Assembly (NCBI GenBank): GCA_015231515.1
Contig: JADGBM010000001.1
Coordinates: 23,544-87,543 of the forward strand
Direction: 5' to 3'
DNA: 64,000 nt
Source of the DNA: Desulfobulbaceae bacterium
Lineage (GTDB): Bacteria; Desulfobacterota; Desulfobulbia; Desulfobulbales; VMSU01
The notes under the pieces were generated by a model. The model was not told the DNA's origin. It searched no databases and saw nothing but the letters and a program-made list of their open reading frames with translations. This document shows positions 59,593-64,000 of the stretch, in pieces. The number at the start of each line of letters is the position of its first letter. The stretch's first letter is position 1. The translations under genes were made by a program, and so were the position numbers.

Positions 59593-61788
59593 TTAGCAGT
59601 CGAGATGGTTTGGAAGAAAACCGTAGTGATTGAGACCGTCAATGATTCCGGCAGCATACTTTTCGGGGCTGAAATAGATGCGGGGTTTCCCCTTGAGGTC
59701 TTCAAGTTCACGGCTGTGGTTGCCAACCACAACCCCACAGCTTCGGCCGCGAAGCATATCTTCGTCGTTTCCGGAATCACCTGCAACCATGACATTTTGG
59801 GGAGAAATTGCCCACTTATACTGAAGATATTTGATTGCTTTTCCTTTTGATGCACGATAGGGCAGGATATCTAAAAACTGGCCATGGGAAAATATTACCT
59901 GACAAAGAAGTTTCGCTGCCGCAAGGTGCTGGTGCACACGGGCCAGCAGTTCCGGGTCGTCTTTCATGTAGTAACTTATTTTAAAGGCCCTTTGTCCTTC
60001 TTGACCCTGGAGTCCGAGGAAATCAAGCCTTCCAAGAACGTCTCGTATCTGTTCCGGTTTCCAGTTTTTTGAGAGATGCTGCTGCCAGCCGCGATCAATA
60101 CGCAGGTTTGGCCCATAATAGATCTCAGTACCGACTGAGCAGATAAGGACATCCGGAATTGGGATAAGCTGTTCGTTCATAATGTCGATTGTCAGCTCAA
60201 GACTTCGACCTGTGGCCACTCCCCAGGCCAACTTTCGGCTATTGCCTCGAAGAATATTGAGCAGCTGTTTTAAACTTCTTTTGTCGCCGGCCAGGGTATT
60301 GTCAATGTCTGAGATCAAAATTTTCTTTACAAGGTTCAGTCTCTGACCATAGGAAAGGGTTGCCCCTTCACCTTTGTTCACCACCGGCGGAACCTTTTTA
60401 TCCGGTAAAAGCGCGATAAACTCTTCGACGCTCTTTTCACAGTGGGCATCCCAGGAATAGTGCTTCCCGACGCCGTTGATGCCGTTTTCTGAAAAGTGTT
60501 GCCACATGCTCCGATCGACAAGAATTGCTTTCAGCGCCTTAGCAATCTCCTCCGGGTTTGAAGGGTTGATCAGGGTGCCGTTTTGGCAGTTGGCGATAAT
60601 GTCGATAGGGCCCCCATCATTGGTTGCCACCAGTGGCACGCCGCAGGCAGCCGCTTCAATGAGGGTAATGCCAAAAGGCTCCACCATGGCAGGATTGACA
60701 AACACACCGCCGCTTTCCGCGCATATTCTGTAAAGCTCTGGAACCTCAGAAGAAAAATCATGCTTTTTGGGGATGGCTAATTTGCCGTAGAGGTCAAATT
60801 GATCCATCAGGAGCAGCATGTTGGTGAGGACGTTCCGTTCATTGTCCTCCATGGTGGCAATATCTTTTCTAATGCCGGCAAAGACGGCCAGGTTGGCCAT
60901 GGCCTGTAGTTCCTTATCCTGGCCATAGGCGGTGATCAGGCCGCAGATGTTTTTCCGGTGGTCAGGGCGGCAGAGCACAAGAATGAATGGTTTTTTGGGA
61001 ACCGACCAGAAGCGGTGCAGTTCGCGGCGCAAAGCCACTCGGGCCTGCTTTGTACCTTCATCAATACTCTCCGGGGCAATCTCGTTATTATAATAGGGGT
61101 AGAAAACATCAAGGTCGATTCCCGGCGGAATGATTTTGAAAGACTTTATTTTAGAAAAATTACCATAGAGGCCATATTGCTTTTCGATCTCCTGATTGGT
61201 TGAGGTTATAATCAACTGGGCCGCCTCCATAATCTCTTCTTCAACGGCAATACGGGTTTTCATCTTAAGGTGTTCGTTGATTTTATCCTGTGCGATTCCA
61301 TCTCCGAGCAGATTCACCTCTTTATTGCGCCCCAGCGAGTGACCGGTAAAGACAAAGGGGGCGGCAAAGGTTTCAGCCAGATTCATGGCAGCATAGCCCC
61401 CGTCCGCATAATGACCGTGAAAAATGTCCGGTAAGCGAAGTTGTTTTTTCAAAAAACGAATGGTTCTATCGACGAACTCCTCCATATGGGGCCAGAGCAG
61501 TTCTTTGCGGATATACTTTCTGGGCCCGCATTGTATCCTGACAATTCGGGCTTTTTCGCTTAAGGGCTCAATCTCTTCTGCATATGCAGGGGAAACCCTT
61601 TTGTCGATGATTAGTCTTGTGACAAGATCAACCTGGGAGACTAAAGGGTGCTCAGCAAGAGATTTGGCTAGTTCAAGAACATATTTTACCTGACCTCCGG
61701 TGTCGGCATCTCTGCCAAGTTCAGGAGAGTCTCCTCGTATGAGGCCGTGAATGCTGAAGAGCTGAATATAAAATCCTTTTGAGTCCAT
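59593..61788 (-). CDS. sps: Sucrose-phosphate synthase (GT4) with C-terminal sucrose-phosphatase-like HAD domain
   Basis: N-terminal FSIHGLIRG..LGRDADTGGQVKYV. GT-B core EPFG(I)TLIEAAA.G.P. C-terminal HAD motif I ISDIDNTL. The start is set at ATG 61788 (GGGAGAG ribosome-binding site), not the track's 61986. Confidence 0.85.
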   Translation of the reverse strand: MDSKGFYIQLFSIHGLIRGDSPELGRDADTGGQVKYVLELAKSLAEHPLVSQVDLVTRLIIDKRVSPAYAEEIEPLSEKARIVRIQCGPRKYIRKELLWPHMEEFVDRTIRFLKKQLRLPDIFHGHYADGGYAAMNLAETFAAPFVFTGHSLGRNKEVNLLGDGIAQDKINEHLKMKTRIAVEEEIMEAAQLIITSTNQEIEKQYGLYGNFSKIKSFKIIPPGIDLDVFYPYYNNEIAPESIDEGTKQARVALRRELHRFWSVPKKPFILVLCRPDHRKNICGLITAYGQDKELQAMANLAVFAGIRKDIATMEDNERNVLTNMLLLMDQFDLYGKLAIPKKHDFSSEVPELYRICAESGGVFVNPAMVEPFGITLIEAAACGVPLVATNDGGPIDIIANCQNGTLINPSNPEEIAKALKAILVDRSMWQHFSENGINGVGKHYSWDAHCEKSVEEFIALLPDKKVPPVVNKGEGATLSYGQRLNLVKKILISDIDNTLAGDKRSLKQLLNILRGNSRKLAWGVATGRSLELTIDIMNEQLIPIPDVLICSVGTEIYYGPNLRIDRGWQQHLSKNWKPEQIRDVLGRLDFLGLQGQEGQRAFKISYYMKDDPELLARVHQHLAAAKLLCQVIFSHGQFLDILPYRASKGKAIKYLQYKWAISPQNVMVAGDSGNDEDMLRGRSCGVVVGNHSRELEDLKGKPRIYFSPEKYAAGIIDGLNHYGFLPNHLDC

Positions 61789-61883
61789 ACTATACTCTCC
61801 CGTATGCTTGTGATCTGAATTGAGCGATACCAAAATGTAATCTGTTCTGCCTCTCACATGGTAATGTGAGACGATCCTTCCCT

Positions 61884-62747
61884 TCAGGACAAATCGTCTT
61901 GGATGTGCTTCATTACAGGTGTTGCGCCATGCTGAGAAGCAACGAAGGCGCCCCGTTTGTTGGCTTGGACAAGGCACTCCTGCCAATTGCGTTTGCGCAG
62001 AATGCCATTAATGAGAGCAGCAAAAAAGGCGTCACCGGCCCCGACGGGGTCTGCCACCTTTACCGGAAACCCGCCATGTTGAAACACACCGTCATGACAG
62101 ACAAGCATGGCCCCTTTTCCACCAAGCGTGACGGCGAGAACCTCCAAATGGAATTTATCCAGAACCGCAAGAGCCATCTCTTCCAAGCCCCCTTCAGGAA
62201 GAGACGACCATTTATTTATGACCGCAAGTTCGTCTTCGTTCACCTTTCCAACATTGGCCTGCTCAAGCGAGTTGAGGACACATTCCCGGGGGGTGTAGGG
62301 CGGCCTTAAATTGACGTCATAGAAGACGGTCTCTGCCCCGGCTTGAAGGCTTCGGATGGTGGATTGGCTTATTGCTGAGCGCTGGGCCAAGGTGCCGCAG
62401 ACCAGATGATAAGAGTTCTGGGTGAGTCTGCTAATCTCCGAGAGATGAATAAAGTCCCAGGCGGCCGGGGAGAGTATTTCAAAAGAGGGCTCGTTGGTGT
62501 CGTCCAGATGGACCAGAACCTGGCCGGTCGGATATTTGGGGTCGTACTGGATTGTATTAACTGTGAGGCCAAGCTGCTCGATTTTCTGAATGGCGGCTTG
62601 GCCGTATTCATCGTGGCCGACCTTACTTATGATGCGGGCGTTTTGCCCCATATCCTGCAAATGGTAAGCAACATTGAGCGGCGCGCCCCCTAATGCCTTT
62701 TTTGATGCAAAGATATCCCAGACAATTTCCCCGATGCAAATAATCAT
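61884..62747 (-). CDS. PfkB-family carbohydrate kinase (probable fructokinase)
   Basis: N-terminal ICIGEIVWD..GGAPLNVA and C-terminal DPVGAGDAF motifs. Position within the sucrose cluster. AAGGA ribosome-binding site. Confidence 0.8.
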   Translation of the reverse strand: MIICIGEIVWDIFASKKALGGAPLNVAYHLQDMGQNARIISKVGHDEYGQAAIQKIEQLGLTVNTIQYDPKYPTGQVLVHLDDTNEPSFEILSPAAWDFIHLSEISRLTQNSYHLVCGTLAQRSAISQSTIRSLQAGAETVFYDVNLRPPYTPRECVLNSLEQANVGKVNEDELAVINKWSSLPEGGLEEMALAVLDKFHLEVLAVTLGGKGAMLVCHDGVFQHGGFPVKVADPVGAGDAFFAALINGILRKRNWQECLVQANKRGAFVASQHGATPVMKHIQDDLS

Positions 62748-62765
62748 ATTTATCCTTCATTTAAT

Positions 62766-62785
62766 CATCGTTTAACATCGTTTAA
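62766..62785. repeat. Perfect tandem 10-bp duplication (CATCGTTTAA x2) in the fructokinase leader/promoter
   Basis: 62766-62775 and 62776-62785 are identical. The flanks extend this to three imperfect TTTAA(C/T)..CG units across 62760-62789. Confidence 0.7.
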
Positions 62786-62914
62786 CAGGTATGATACCAT
62801 AAAACAGATAAATAACGTGAAATAATTGTCCCAGGGAATTATGGTCATCAAACAGGTCTTTGTCTATCAGGACCAAATTTCTTTTGACGAGATTTACAAA
62901 CCAGGGAGGGATTC

Positions 62915-64000
62915 ATGCTATCGCAACTAACTGAATTTATTTTAAAAAACCGTGAAATCGTAGACAAACTTTTTCGGCGCTACCAGACCTCTGGGAAGAG
63001 TTTTTTGCTTAGAACCGACCTCTGGGATATATTTCAGGACTTTTGCAACGAAAATAACTCTTGTACACTTTTGCACTCCTCTTTCAGCCAAGCGATAGCA
63101 AAAACCCAGGAAGCAGCGATCTCCGATCAGTGGCTCTACCTTGACATTCGACCAAAAGCCGCCACTTGGCAACGTCTGCGCTATCACTTTGAGACGATGG
63201 AATTTGAAGAAATTCCCATTAGCGAGTTTTTATATTTCAAAGAGCAGCTTATTAACGGTCAATCCCATAAAAGGCCGTTGGTGGTCGACTTTAAACCCTT
63301 TGAACGATATTTACCAAAAATGAACCAGTCCAGTTCGATTGGCCGCGGTGTTGAGTTTCTGAATCGTCGACTTTCGGGGAGACTTTCCCATGATCTCATA
63401 AAAGGAGAGGCGCTCCTTCTCTCCTTCATGAAGGTCCACAATTACCAGGGCACGCCATTCATGATCAACAATCGGATTGACACGATTTCCGATCTTCGAA
63501 AGGCATTACAGCGAGGCATTGAGTTAACTGCTTCGGCCCAGGGTAATAAGAACTCAGGCCTGGGAGCACGTCTTCAGCAGTTTGGCTTTGAGCCAGGATG
63601 GGGGCGCACAGCAAAACAGATCCATGATAAATTCAGGTTGTTAGCAGATATTCTTGAGGCTCCAGACCATAGGAACCTTGAGCGGTTTCTCGGGAATATC
63701 CCGATGATCTTCAATATCGTTATTTTCTCCCCGCACGGCTATTTCGGGCAGGAGAATGTTTTAGGTCTGCCCGACACAGGAGGGCAAGTAGTCTATATTC
63801 TGGATCAGGTTCGTGCCCTCGAAAAGGAGATGAGAAAAAAGATTTATAGTCAGGGACTTGATATCGAACCAAAGATAATCATTGTGACCCGTTTAATTCC
63901 AGAGGCAGGTGATACTACCTGTGATCAGCCTCTGGAAAAGGTTGTGGGCACTGAAAATGTTCATATCCTTCGCGTTCCCTTTCGTGATGAGGGCGGGGCG
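62915..64000 (+). CDS. susA: Sucrose synthase (5' portion; runs off the window end)
   Basis: ATG 62915 follows GGGAGGG. The frame stays open to the window end. ..FSPHGYFGQENVLGLPDTGGQVVYILDQVRALE.. is the hallmark SuSy GT-B N-domain motif. Absent from the ORF track because there is no stop codon in the window. Confidence 0.85.
   Translation, partial: MLSQLTEFILKNREIVDKLFRRYQTSGKSFLLRTDLWDIFQDFCNENNSCTLLHSSFSQAIAKTQEAAISDQWLYLDIRPKAATWQRLRYHFETMEFEEIPISEFLYFKEQLINGQSHKRPLVVDFKPFERYLPKMNQSSSIGRGVEFLNRRLSGRLSHDLIKGEALLLSFMKVHNYQGTPFMINNRIDTISDLRKALQRGIELTASAQGNKNSGLGARLQQFGFEPGWGRTAKQIHDKFRLLADILEAPDHRNLERFLGNIPMIFNIVIFSPHGYFGQENVLGLPDTGGQVVYILDQVRALEKEMRKKIYSQGLDIEPKIIIVTRLIPEAGDTTCDQPLEKVVGTENVHILRVPFRDEGGA

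Noticed and set aside
59502-59855. 117-aa minus-strand ORF and 89-aa + ORF overlapping the SPS 3' end and riboswitch flank.
   Set aside because: They overlap the well-supported SPS frame and the riboswitch 5' flank, with no motifs.
61789-61986. N-terminal 66 codons of the 797-aa track ORF (59593..61986), which extend SPS into the fructokinase gene.
   Set aside because: The extension overlaps the 3' end of the fructokinase CDS and has no SPS similarity. The internal ATG at 61788 has a GGGAGAG ribosome-binding site and gives the canonical SPS N-terminus (MDSKGFYIQLFSIHGLIRG).

Overview
This is a chromosomal window of about 60 genes from what looks like an anaerobic Desulfobacterota-type (deltaproteobacterial) genome. 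That assignment is inferred from gene content only: multihaem cytochrome, group-3b-like NiFe hydrogenase, rubrerythrin, anaerobic CbiK and a probable selenoprotein. I found no rRNA, tRNA, CRISPR array, transposase or integrase.

Contents from left to right:
- 0.2-8.5 kb: a 6-haem membrane cytochrome, PepF, a PilZ protein, and a four-subunit NiFe hydrogenase operon on the minus strand.
- 8.8-12.1 kb: a decayed Mla-type locus and a superoxide-dismutase relic, with MarC and MscS genes.
- 12-31 kb: a dense outer-membrane and lipid-biogenesis neighbourhood. It holds LapA-like, DUF502, TamA, TamB, a glycine-zipper lipoprotein, LpxR, cardiolipin synthase, and PilZ plus a YhdP/AsmA-like giant protein.
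- 31-35 kb: a hybrid REC-PAS-histidine kinase and two unrecognisable ORFs.
- 34.8-39.6 kb: livFGMH plus a binding protein.
- 39.9-49.0 kb: TPR and FecR-domain proteins, then a tightly packed nine-gene same-strand cluster. The cluster runs STAS-MlaE, MlaF, MCE, DUF330 lipoprotein, cNMP-PAS membrane sensor, NTase-like, TPM, LemA, and an unannotated UGA-containing ArsC-fold gene.
- 49-58 kb: a pentapeptide lipoprotein, a PKD lipoprotein behind a sigma-54 promoter, Lon, TrpB2, PBP4 and rubrerythrin.
- 58-64 kb: CbiK behind a cobalamin riboswitch, and a sucrose cluster (SPS/SPP-like, fructokinase, sucrose synthase truncated at the window edge).

Best leads:
- The recoded selenoprotein candidate with a SECIS-like hairpin.
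- The MCE / cNMP-sensor / TPM-LemA cluster that contains it.
- The two gene relics.
- The unknown gene pair at 33.1-34.9 kb.

All family assignments come from motif recognition by eye. No searches were run.
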